DNA of 63,920 nucleotides, counting the filler, from Blastocystis sp. subtype 4 (lineage: Eukaryota), in the NCBI RefSeq assembly GCF_000743755.1. It is 3 parts of 3 records of this genome, joined end to end, with 100 filler letters (N's around TTAATTAATTAA, not from the genome) between each part and the next. Parts side by side here need not be neighbours in the genome. Positions count along the whole stretch, not along the records: positions 48,342 to 63,920 come from NW_014569296.1; 2 more parts are not named here. One strand, written 5' to 3'. Under the pieces are notes generated by a model, which saw nothing but the letters and a program-made list of their open reading frames with translations, ran no database searches and was not told the DNA's origin. The position numbers and the translations under genes were made by a program. This document shows, piece by piece, positions 52,691 through 63,920 of this stretch (its first letter is position 1; every line of letters begins with the position of its first letter).

Positions 52691-53651
52691 ATGAGTGATT
52701 GCAATGATGTGATTGAGTTTTCATGTATTGTCTCTTGTTTATGTCCAATTTCCTTCTCTAAAGTAATCTACCCTGTCCGAGGTCGCAACTGTTGCCATTT
52801 ACGTTTCTTTGATCGTGACTCCTTTCTTGAAGTAAGCTTATCTTCCCTACTAATGAGATAGTTGTACAAAAATAAGGGAGGAGGTTCATGTCCTATCTGT
52901 TCCAAGTATATCAACGTTACTGATTTGGTTTGGGATGAGTATATCCAGGTTCAGTTGAATAAATCACCACCCGATGCTGAAAGTAGATCTAAGATCTTTA
53001 CTCAATATTAGACATTTTCGTAAAACAGGATTGCTTCTTGAATCTTGAACAGTATGAAACAGTGGATGAAAAGGAAATCATGGACCTTACTACTGAGGAT
53101 GAGCCTACTGTTTCAGGATCCACGAAATCCACATCACGACAATTCTATAAAACCGAGAACGATATCTATTTCCCCATTCCTCACTCGTCCTTTTCCTTCT
53201 CAGATTACCTCTTTCAGCGTGGCCTTGAATGTGAGATTGCTTCTCAGAAACAGAGAACGCTTGAAGTAAAGTATTGGAAGTATATGGAGTTCTATACCCT
53301 CGTAATATCAAAAATAATCCATCTCTTCCATTCAGGGCAGATCCAAAGTCCTTTTATCGTTTTCTTTCACCCTTCAATCCAGCAAATGTATGGAATCATA
53401 TGGTATCATGATGTAGCTCGGCTATTCAGGAAGTTGTTGATGTTTCTGATGCCTATTCGTTAGTTATTGTAGTTGTCTTCACAAACGCTTATTCTTAGAA
53501 TGGGAATGTCCTAGTTACCATCGACAAGGATTATTATCCTGATGAAGATGAAGAAAATGCTCTTCTGATGCATGATGTATCCGTTGACGAATTTATTGCC
53601 TCTAAGGCAGATCAGCATCGCTTGACTGCTTGTAGTTTCAATTTAGGTTAA
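52691..53651 (+). CDS. MIZ/SP-RING zinc finger protein (SUMO E3-like)
   Basis: SCLCPISFSKVIYPVRGRNCCHLRFFD...CPICSKYINVTDLVWDEY. TAA at 53649-53651, TGTTTGTT at 53654-53661. Confidence 0.8.
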
Positions 53652-53796
53652 TGTGTTTGTTGATTACTAGCGCGGGATTTGAGTTTATCTCAATGATATA
53701 CATATCTGAACCAATTGAATACAAATAAAGGATTGTGAGATAGATAGTCAAGAAGTGACTTTGCCGCCAAATAACAAATATCTATTTCTAGAAAAC

Positions 53797-56700
53797 ATGG
53801 AGTCTATTCCAGCCAACTCCATGAGAAATACAAGTTCAGTCCCTTCAGAAGACAAAGTCTGCTATTGTGAGGGTTCTGGAACTGTAATTCGCTGTTCTGT
53901 ATGCAACCAACAGGTATATAGTTGATTATTGATACACATGTTTCAGTAACAGTGTGGAGTGAATTATATGTGAAGTTTGTCACTAGGACGTTGTTTTGAC
54001 TAATCATCATCTAGGTTCATATAGAATGTGTTAATTCGATGCCAGAATACAAGTGGATGTGTGATATCTGCAAATCTGGAATTACTTCTCGTGATAAGCT
54101 AAGATGTGTTCTTTGTGGAAAAACGGATTCAACACAACTCTTCTTCTGTAGTGATTCTTCGTGTGGATAAGTGGTAGGTGTTACTGAGCGAGTCTGGGTT
54201 CATGGGTTTTGCGTTTTGGCATTAAATCAGTATCTCAGGAACTGTAACTCGATAGTACATGCGGATCTGCGAAATGACAAGCCAATTGTGGATAAGAATT
54301 GTTACTTTGTCACGGAAGAGGTTTTTATAGGTTGTTATCTTCAATGGATGTCTGGATATTCAGGAACACGAAAGACTGGAATCAATGACTTGAGTCTGTT
54401 TATTCGGACATTGCTCCCCTCCTTTTCTCTCGACTTCCAGATTCGTTCTGCATCGTCTTGTTTTATTTGTGGAGAGACGGGAGGATACCAAATTCCTTGT
54501 AGAGTTCCTCAATGTAAGGCAACTTGTCATCCTTTGTGCTACAAGCAGTGTTATCAACTTCACCATGCGATTGCAGACACTATAGCAAGAGGAATTGGTT
54601 GTCCACATCATCGAAGTATTGTGCTACGCGCAATGAAGTACCCTCGTTCGCAGCGCCCAGGTGAAGTGGGAAACGATTCTAAGCCTCAGTTGAAGCAGAG
54701 TATCCCTCCACTTCAACAGAACCCACAACCACCTCAACCACAAGAGACTGGACAACAGATTGTTCAGCCTGCTCCTATGACTCCTGAAGATAGTGAGGAT
54801 GATGGAGAGGTCTGTGATATCTGTGGAATGGGTTACAGCGAACCTGATGACATGTTGGTTTTTTGTGATCAATGTAATATTGCTGTTCATCAAGGTTGTT
54901 ACGGAATATCCAAGCTTCCAGAAGGTGAGTGGTTATGCTCTGTCTGTCGTCAGGGTCGTCTACCACAAGAAACCCGTTGTTGTTTGTGTTTACATGAAGG
55001 AGGTGCAATGCATCGTACTCTGGATGGACGTTACATTCATTTAATCTGTGTCTATTATACTCCAGAGTTATCTCTGGATTTGAATGGTCCAGAGGTATTG
55101 GTACGAGGAATGAATCAGATCGATCCAGAGAGAGCACAACTTATCTGCTGTATTTGTGGACAGAAGGGAGCTGGCTGTATTCAGTGTAATTCCCGTAATT
55201 GTTCAATGGCCTATCATCCATTCTGTGCGTCGAAAGCAGGATATCTGTTGACATCGGATGAGAAACATGGTCGCTTCAGATATCTGAGTTATTGTGCTCA
55301 GCACAGCAAACTGAAAGAAGCTAAGAATCGAGCCAAATCTGTTACTTCAACTCCGGAGAAGAAGAGGAAACGTCAGAACCGACGTAAGAAGGTTAAGAAG
55401 GAAGAGCCAGAGATTCCAACTACTATATTGACGAAGTAATTGTGTTATGAAGATGAAATGCAGATTGAAACCGTTTGATAAGGGTTCACAGTTCCTGTCT
55501 ACAGATTTCTGGCAATTATTGCGTTATATCTATGTGATCAAACCAACTACGACATATCTTTCATCACTCTTTCATTTTGCTCAGGTAATAATGAGATACT
55601 GATGTCATGCTAGATCATACCAAAGCCATTTCAATCATCAACTCCTCCAGATGACTGGATTTCTCCTCAATTGATGGCAGTAGCCAAGGGATTACTGGAG
55701 ACGGACCTTCTCCATCTCCCTGTATCGTCCAAGATTCATCTTCTCCAGAATGGGAGTCTCTTTTTGATCCCTGCATTGGGCTTACGAAAGCCTGTTAAGA
55801 CCACAAGTGTTCCAATAGAAACAACCATACGGACTTATGCTGCTACACCTCATCAGATGTCAGCAAATTCATCATTGAAACGAACACAAGTACAGCGCTT
55901 TCAAGGCTTTGATATAAATGATTTCGCAGACTTACGTGAGTCTCATGATATGTTTATCGATGAAGTGTTTGTTCATTGGGCTCAGGTGTTGGGGGTGTGT
56001 TCACACACTCGATTCCGACAAGCCTTTCGATCTGACATTCCATGGTTGCTACGTTTGAACACTATCAATCCAACTTTCAGTTGTGAGAGTGATTATAGTG
56101 GAACTTTTGTTGAGAAGAATGAGTTTGTCATTCTTGCGGAACGATGTTCTCCTTGTGGTGAGCAGATTCCCGTGGGAATGGTTCATTATTATCTGATGTG
56201 GTATTATCCATGTACAGGAAAGCAACGTGAAGCTGTACGTGCAGTGTATGTGTGTACACTGCAACGTGTTTCTGAAAGTACACATCCTGGATACATGGAG
56301 CAGTATGGAGTAGAAGCTGAGCCATACACTGGTGCAATGTTGTTATCACTAGCATTTCTTCATGGTAAGAAATGTGGAATGACAATGGGATGCTGTGATA
56401 GTACAAGTAATTCGATCACATTCTATACCAATCAATTTGATATGAAAGCACTTCCTCGTCCTGAAGGACGTCACTATACACCTATGCAACTTTCTATAAC
56501 AGACTTCAGTGCGCAGAATACGATGCTACGACATATTCGTAGGATTGATGAATGAGACTAACGGATAGCTCCTGGTTACAGAGCCACTCTTCTATGTACC
56601 CTGCCTTCTCTACCTTCTCAAGTCCCTTCTTCTACTTCAAATTCACAATCCACTCCACTTCATCTTCAAGCCAGTTTTCGAGGTACTTTCCAGGTTCAAG

Positions 56701-59132
56701 GTAGTGATGTAACTTCTTTTGCTCCATTGCATCAGTTCATTCAGAAGGAATACCCACAGTGGTTCCAACCAGCTGTTGCATCTCAAGTAATAACAGATTT
56801 GAGCCGTGTATGTGAACCATTTGACGCCTCTCGTCATTTTTATGTTCACGACTCCATTCCTCATTTCGTGGAGAAGGCTCTTCCAAATCTAGAAGAGAGT
56901 TCGTTGTCAACAGAATCAGATTTGAAGGTGGATCATGCTGTGTTTGCTACATGTGATTCAACTCCTCGTTGTATTGATAGTAATGAAGTGGAACGTGAAC
57001 TGGAACGAACACAAGAAGAACTTTATCAAACTATGTGTGAGAATGATAAAGCATTAGCAAATCTTGTTGTTTGTTTAGCTGCTGCTGAGCCGAATACAAA
57101 TGAAACGTTAAGATTGATTGATACATGCAATCGACTTCAAGGAGAACTTCGGGAATATACTTACGAGAAGCGTCCAGAGTTAATTCGAGTAGAAGAAGAA
57201 GAAGATAATGATGCTACATGTGAAGTATGTGGAGATGGAAATAGTGACTTTGGTAATATGATTCTATTCTGTGATGGATGCAATGCTGCTGTTCATCAGA
57301 GTTGCTATGATGTTACTTCACTTCCCAAAGATGACTGGTTCTGTAATGTCTGTGAAGATATCCTGATGGAGAAATTAGGAGTCACAGATCTCCTTCATTT
57401 GGTTCCAAAGGAAACAGCAATGAATGAATCTGGTGAGAATGATTGGGAAAATGGAAGTTCTTGTCCTATTTTGGATAGGCTTCATGAATTACGTAGTCAG
57501 GTCTATTGTTGCATATGCGGATACAGCAAGGGAGCTATGATGCCTACTCTTGAGCCAGGGAAGTATGCCCATGTGTGTTGTGCATTGTGGCATCCTGATG
57601 TTCAAGTGATAAATACACATCCCCAGTGTTCACAACTTCACCGTGTTCCTCTTCCTGAGTCTGTGTTACCTGAGAATCCTGTGAAGGAAGAGACAGTGTT
57701 AATTCCTCTTCCAGCATCTTCTGCTTCTAATAAAGTTCCAGACAGGAAAGCACCTTTCACGTTGGTTCAATCCCCTTATGCTCATCTTCGCTCTCATGTC
57801 AATCAGAATCGGTATCTGATCGATCTCTCAGAAATGAAACCTCAACAGAAGAGTTCAGTATGTCAGTTATGCCGAAGGCGATGTGGTACTGTTCCTTGCT
57901 GTTGTAGTGGTTGTTCCCGTCATGTTCATGCAACATGTGCACTTCGTTATGAGTTGGATTTGTTTTGGAATAACAAGCCTGGTCACAATGGAGCATCACT
58001 CGATGAATTACTAGTCGATAAAGTCTTTTTCATCCACTGTTTCCATCACTCTGGAGGCTGTCAAGGTCGTGATGTTCCTCACAAACGTGCTGAAGGATAC
58101 CAGTCACCAATTGGAGAGAATCATGAAATTACCATAGGAAGACGTCGGAAGAATGAAGACCATGGATACACTCTGAGCCCTTCGAGTCGAGTTCGCCGTT
58201 CCCGACGTCAAGAGGGATTGGAAGCATCCCAGGCACAAGGATTGGAGCGATTGAGGAAGAAGCGAGAGCGGAAACAGAAGAAACGAGAACGTCTTCACAA
58301 TACAGGTCGTTCGAAGCCACGTATCCAGCCGTTGGCATTCACAACCAAACCTCGAGCTCGATATGAGGTGGCATTACGTCGTGTGGTTGAATGGTTACGA
58401 GACAGTCGTTGTGGTCCTCTTTTGCTTGACAATAGTCAGAATGTGATTCTGCGACTCCAGCGTCAGATTGACATGGGTGAATTGCCTCGTTATAGTGAGT
58501 GGAATGACTTCACATCGGAGAATGCAACAGTTCAAAGCTTTTTCTCTCGTTGTCAGCGTCATCAGTTCTTTAATTTGGAGTCAATTGTGACAGAAATTCG
58601 CGTGATTTTCATCAATTTGTTAGCATACGTGTATTTGTCACCAAATCAGGAAGAACAAGAATTAGGAGCAATGGTAGCAAAGGATGCTTTGGATCTAACA
58701 CGTTTGGTGACTCGACTCACAGATACTGAGCGCTATCGACAAATGATCAAGCAACCAGAGTCATTCTATTGTCTGTGTGCAGTGAAGGATGGAGAGTCTC
58801 AGGAATATATGGTGTGTTGTGATGGTTGTTCCCAATGGTTCCATCCTTTCTGTATTGGCTTTGCTGAGACAAAATATTTAAACTTTCTGACCACATACAA
58901 AGGACAGTTTGTAGAAGTGAGTGAAGGAAGAAGCTTTTACTGTCCAAAGTGTTGTGTAGGAGAGAATGCAAAGAAGATTGAATTGCTTACAGAAGAGCAA
59001 GTGATACAACGAGGAGCTGTTCGATTAGAAGTAGGAGATGAGATGGAAAGTCAAGACGTTCCAAGTGTCACTCCCACACCCATTAAGGAAGAAATAGTGG
59101 ATCATGATGAGAAACGAATCAAAGTTCTATAG
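53797..59132 (+). CDS. Large chromatin protein: multiple PHD/PZP modules, GNAT-like domain, degenerate bromodomain-like segment, C-terminal PHD
   Basis: BRPF/JADE/AF10-like PZP modules (CDICG...LVFCDQCNIAVHQGCYG...WLC...CCLC...HLIC...CIQC...YHPFCA...YCAQH) occur twice, plus a degenerate N-terminal set. GNAT-like GAMLLSLAFLHGKKCG...DSTSNSITFY. C-terminal YCLC...MVCCDGCSQWFHPFC...FYCPKC. Confidence 0.85.
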
Positions 59133-59170
59133 TTTTCTGTTCTTCTTGTGTGTTATTAAACAATGAATCT

Positions 59171-61844
59171 TCATTCATATTCCACACTGTACTTCGTTGC
59201 TTCATTAACAATATGTTTAACAGGGACTAATTCCTTCACAAAAGAAGTACCACCAAGAATTTGAATATACTTGGTATGATACTCTGTGACCATTTTCACA
59301 AACTACATATGAATTCTCTATGTACCCTCATACTGCTTTGTAGACTTCCAAACCATACCAATTCATTTCACTCCTAATAGTTTGATGCATTTCAGCCACA
59401 CCGTCCTTATAATTCTCTTTGTACAACTTCAGTCCTTTCATCTCATTACTTGATAACTTTAACTGTGATCCCTTCTTCTTCTCATTTCTCTTTACAAATT
59501 CGTATAAGAATGCTAATCCTAATTCCACTAATCTCTTCATTACTCATATGCTCACTCATTGTGTCTTCCAGATATACAGTAACTCGTTCATCAAACAGTT
59601 TACTCACTGCATTCTCTTCATCAATTGTTATTCCTTGTGCTTTCCATGAAGACAGAATGAAACAAGCATTATTCATGAGATAGAGAGTTGTATGCTACTT
59701 GTGACATCCCATCATCTCATTCACTTCTTCGTTCACTTGTTCACTGAACTTCTCAATCATTACACACACTTCTGTACTCAACAGGTCTAGAGGTGTCTTC
59801 CATTTACTCTTCTCAAGGAGGAGATCACTGAACATTTGACCAAGATACTAATTATGAAATGAAACTCCCAATATCACATAACCTCCAGTTGAAACAGCTG
59901 TGAATCTCTTAACAGAATAGTGTAAGGATTCTGTGATTTCAAGAGACTTAACTTGTGATTGAGCTGTTTTCACAGACTATTCCTAAAATACCCACTATTT
60001 TACTACCGTAATATGTTTGTCCAAAATCGCTCCGAATCTTGCCAATACTTTATCACGCAATCTATTCCTAATACTCCTTGACTAGTCTCACGGAAGCCAG
60101 AAATCAATCAAGATAGGATATTCGCTGTTCTGAAGAGCCTACCAATCAACATTCATATTCACTTCCACATTCATTACACTCTGAATCTGCATTGCTACCA
60201 AGAGTACTCCAAATATATCCACAGAGGCAGATGCCCAATCCAAAATTTGTGTACTGAACTACAAAATAAGGAATTCCAAAAATCCAAACATATTTGCACA
60301 CATCCTTGAATTCTTCATCAAAGAGAGAGGAATCTTCAACACCAAAGAATCCTTTCAAGAACTGATACTCTGCTGAAGCTGAATCCATAAAAAGCCTCTA
60401 TTTCTAACAATGCCAATTCATTCACACAATTTGATTCCGGAAGGAAACAACAGCATCCATATCAGGATCATCACCCTCTTGGAGTGGAGTTACTGTCATT
60501 GGTTCTTCTTGCATGCTCTTCAATACTTCAACACGGGTACCAAGTTCAAATCCCTCTGTTGTATATTCTTTCAGAGACTTTGTGGACTAGAATGAAAGTG
60601 GAAATGAAGAATTACCTTCTTTTTGAGGAAACTACGAACAACACTTTGAGTATGCTACACATCACAACATGCTTCCATTGACATACCACCAAAGGATCTT
60701 CAACACTACCAACAACCATCTCATGAGGCAGAAGACTATATATCATCGATAAATATATCACTTACAGCTCTCGGTACGATTTGATTCGATTCATCATAAT
60801 CTCCTTTACAGCCACTAAATACTGTTTTTTCACATCCTCGAATGTCTTTGGAATGTGTTTCTTCAAGAAAGCCATGATTCCGGCCATCTCAATCAATTCC
60901 TGTTTCTGAATGGTTTCTAGATCACAATCTGGAGTAATCAACCGAATCTTGCTGTAGATATGATCCTTCAATCGAGATGAGCATTGAGCTTTCAGAATGT
61001 TGAGATCTGATTTCACCTCCTTTATGGCTTTAACTTCACCTGTACGAACATGTAGTTCCTCCTTCAAATGAATCAATAAATCAGTGATTACGTCTTCAAT
61101 ATCCTGATCGACAAAATCAAGTTGAGCATCAAACTTGTGGAGTGTTGCCACATATTCATCATTAATATCTCCCTAAAACTTAGATTCTGACTGTGTTCCC
61201 ACTTCAATCAACACCTTAACCATGTTTGGATTGATGGCCACTTTGTTGATAAAACCACGAATCACTCCATCCATTTCTCGTCGATTCTGTAGTTTCTGAG
61301 ATAGAATTACACTTTCACTCTACTGATGAACAACCCAGCAAACGACTACCTGCAAAGAACGAATCTCATTTGCCACACCCGATAGATCCTTTTGGTATAC
61401 ATGTAGTAGATCCTGGATTTGTAATAAGATGGAATCACACAGATCGATGTCCCTATTATTCATATACTGGATTGTACTTACTTGTGGAGATTCGCTAGAT
61501 TTGCACTTTCTGCAATGTAATCGGCCACAGATCCCTTAGAAGCAGCCATCAGATCATCTTCGATTTTCCTTCCATATTCTACAAGATCCACATCTTTCTC
61601 AAGAGCTTCTTTGACGAGATCAGCCTATAAGAGATTAGTATTCCACTTTCACAAAACAGGTCAAAACTATCGCTATCCACCTCCATACATTTTGAAATAA
61701 CTCGAGATCTCGCTTCATCTCTTCATAATCAATGACTTCCTCAACATTCTCGTCGCTGAGGTCTCCTCCGTCATCTAACTCTCCCGAGTCCTCATCGATG
61801 AAGCTCTCGTTCATATACTGATCGTCATCCTCAATTGAGTCCAT
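59171..61844 (-). CDS. VPS52: GARP complex subunit VPS52
   Basis: LVKEALEKDVDLVEYGRKIE, LCDSILLQIQDLL...DLSGVANEIRSLQ...KLQNRR, FMDSASAEYQFLKGFF, HYSVKRFTA. TGA at 59173-59171. Confidence 0.88.
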
Positions 61845-62018
61845 TTCGACAAGAAACATGCGATCCATGACTGAAGCGATAACCACGGAAGTTCTAGGAT
61901 CCTAGCGGAATGAGGAACGAGAAGGAGTTGACGGTGCTCCTATTGATATATTCGAAATTAGAACCTGCAACAGAGATTGGATAGTGTTAAAACACAAACT
62001 ATCAATGCATTATTCATC

Positions 62019-63587
62019 ATGAGTTGCCGATCCCGACTTCGTAAACTTGATATGTTCAGGTACCTATTGGTTTCAGGTGATTCTGATTAGGAAAGTCCCT
62101 ACGGATTTGACTGAAGGTTCCACTTGTGGTACTATTCTTACTATATTGTGTTATATCACTGTTGCTATATTAATTGGATTTGAGTTGAACAACTATCTTA
62201 CTGTGGAGAGTAGAAGTGAGTTCTTTGAGTTTATTTCTAGCAAGAACCGATTACACAATTGAGCAGCACAATGATGAGTTCATCCGAATTAGTTTTGATA
62301 TCACGATGCCTAAGTTGTCGTGTGAATATGCTTCTCTGGACGTTGTAAATCAGATGGGAACACACAAGGCATTGTATTGGCCTAATTAATGACTATAGAT
62401 CAATGTCACTCAGAACATTCGTCGTTGGCAAGTGTATGATAATGGATTTTCTCGTGAAATTACCCCAGGTGCGTTTTCTCTTTGTTGTTCATGTGTAGTT
62501 GAACAAAACAAGGAACTCGGTAGTTACGAGAAGATGACGAGTGAAACATATAGTACACTGATTAAAGGACTATCTGATTTCCAACGCCTCACTACATCGA
62601 AACCTGTAGTTCTTGTGAATTTCTTTGCACCTTGGTGTCATTGGTGTCAGGCACTTGCACCCATCTATGAGGGTGTGGCCCAACGCATTATTCAAGGTCC
62701 CCTCCAAGATAATGTTATTGTAGCGAAGGTGGATTGTACTTCTCCTGCCAATGCAGATGTTTGTAGAATGAACAACATTCGAGCTTATCCTACGATTATT
62801 GCGTATTGGTTAGAGTTCTGTGTCACATAGATATACTCCCCAAAGCGATAACAAATGGCTTCATTTCCAAGGACAACGTACGGTAGATAATTTCCTTTCG
62901 TTCATTAAAGAATGTCTTCAAATGACCAGATATACAGTATCAGGTGGTTCTGATTCATCATTGTAATTGGATAGAGTTGCCTCAGTTGAACATGACAGCA
63001 GGTCAAGATGGTTGTCGACTCCAAGGAGCCATCATCGTTCCTCGAATGTCTGGGAATTTCCATATTTCTTGTCATGGATCTCATTCTTATATCCTTCCTT
63101 CGGAAATCAATGTATCACATCGAGTATGCCTTATTGGGTATCTTAATGTTAGGTGAATCACCTCTCTTTTGGAGATGATTTAACTCCATATGAAATCTCT
63201 CGTATTCCTCCGCAGATTCAACGAGGAATGGATGTACTGAAGGATAAAGAGTATCCTGTCTTCACGACCAACACTTCGTATGAACACATCCTCAAAGTGT
63301 TCCCAACCAAGTTGATTCGAAAGGATGAAATGATCGATACATTCCAATATACAAGTGATAGTGGAAAGGGTATCAGTGATGAGGACTATCCTGAAGCGAC
63401 TTTCAGTTTTGAATTTGATCCTTTGACAATCGTGATATCGGAAGTGAACAAACCATTTTACCATTTTATCACTTCTCTGTTTGCCATTATTGGTGGTGTA
63501 GTGACGGTCCTCTCACTCATTGATTCCATATTCAACAAGGCTGAACTAATATTCGCTGAAAAGGAGATTCTGGGTAAAAACGAGTGA
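62019..63587 (+). CDS. PDI-C type ERGIC protein (ERGIC_N, thioredoxin WCHWC, COPII-coated Erv domain)
   Basis: LRKLDMFRKVPTDLTEGSTCG, ISFDITMPKLSCEYASLDV, VNFFAPWCHWC, GCRLQGAIIVPRMSGNFHI, FYHFITSLFAIIGG, terminal LGKNE. Confidence 0.9.
62369..62398 (+). other. GC-AG intron (30 nt)
   Basis: Only AAG|GCATTG...TATAG|ATC keeps the frame (GTHK-INVTQNIRRW). The nearby GT donor shifts the frame. Confidence 0.7.
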
Positions 63588-63725
63588 ATTGGTCCATTTA
63601 TATCTCTTTGTTCAATCAACAGAATTGTAGTGGGGGGAAGTTACATTCTGTTTTACAAGTCTGCTAATTACAAATTGAAAGGCTGGGTTTTGAATCACAA
63701 CTTGTTTTTCCAAACTGTCACTAAT

Positions 63726-63920
63726 TCATAGACATGGGTAAGGGGTAAGTATTGGATTTGATGGGACACATCGATATGTATCCAAGAACGTGGAGGAATG
63801 TGTTTTTAACCCGAGTTTAGTAAACCTTGTGGTATTCGTGCTGCTCGTAAACTTCGTGTGGTTCGTCGTAACGAGAGATGGGCTGATAAGGTGATTAGCG
63901 ATTTTCATAGTTCTCATTGT
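63726..63920 (-). CDS. Possible 3' part of a gene running off the window
   Basis: Open frame to the window edge, no recognisable motif. Confidence 0.25.
   Translation of the reverse strand, partial: TMRTMKIANHLISPSLVTTNHTKFTSSTNTTRFTKLGLKTHSSTFLDTYRCVPSNPILTPYPCL

Noticed and set aside
63089..63097. ATATCCTTC in the PDI-C gene
   Set aside because: It is part of conserved coding sequence (SYILPSEINVSH), with no frame problem.

Overview
Gene-dense eukaryotic nuclear DNA (roughly 40% GC) with about 35 protein-coding genes. Most genes are interrupted by ~30-nt GT-AG introns and have almost no intergenic space. A TGTTTGTT element follows many gene ends. This combination matches the anaerobic stramenopile Blastocystis (inferred, not database-confirmed). 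Two 100-nt N/TTAATTAATTAA spacers are artificial contig joins. Recognisable genes include an OGC/DIC-type mitochondrial carrier, a WASP-like protein, SYS1, NMD3, NUFIP1, RPL34, ARP1, two MFS transporters, a TOG protein, MRPL20, a NOL11-like protein, RPL24, an AlaAT fragment, CTU1, UPF3, AFG2/SPATA5, SAC3/GANP, an elongase, G6P 1-epimerase, CYRI, a GT61, a PRPS-like protein, a GOLD-PX protein, an SP-RING protein, a multi-PHD chromatin protein, VPS52 and a PDI-C/ERGIC protein. The main signals are: (1) five genes whose stop codon appears to be built by polyadenylation (in-frame T, 4 nt, then TGTTTGTT); (2) two ultra-short AT-AC minor-spliceosome introns, one overlapping an alternative GT-AG intron; (3) a TOR paralogue with a dead kinase domain and no FATC; (4) a catalytically degenerate PRPP-synthetase homologue with a mitochondrial-type presequence; (5) a PZP-GNAT-bromo fusion; (6) a recurring 13-14 nt spacing between one gene's poly(A) element and the next gene's ATG. 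All family calls come from manual motif recognition.
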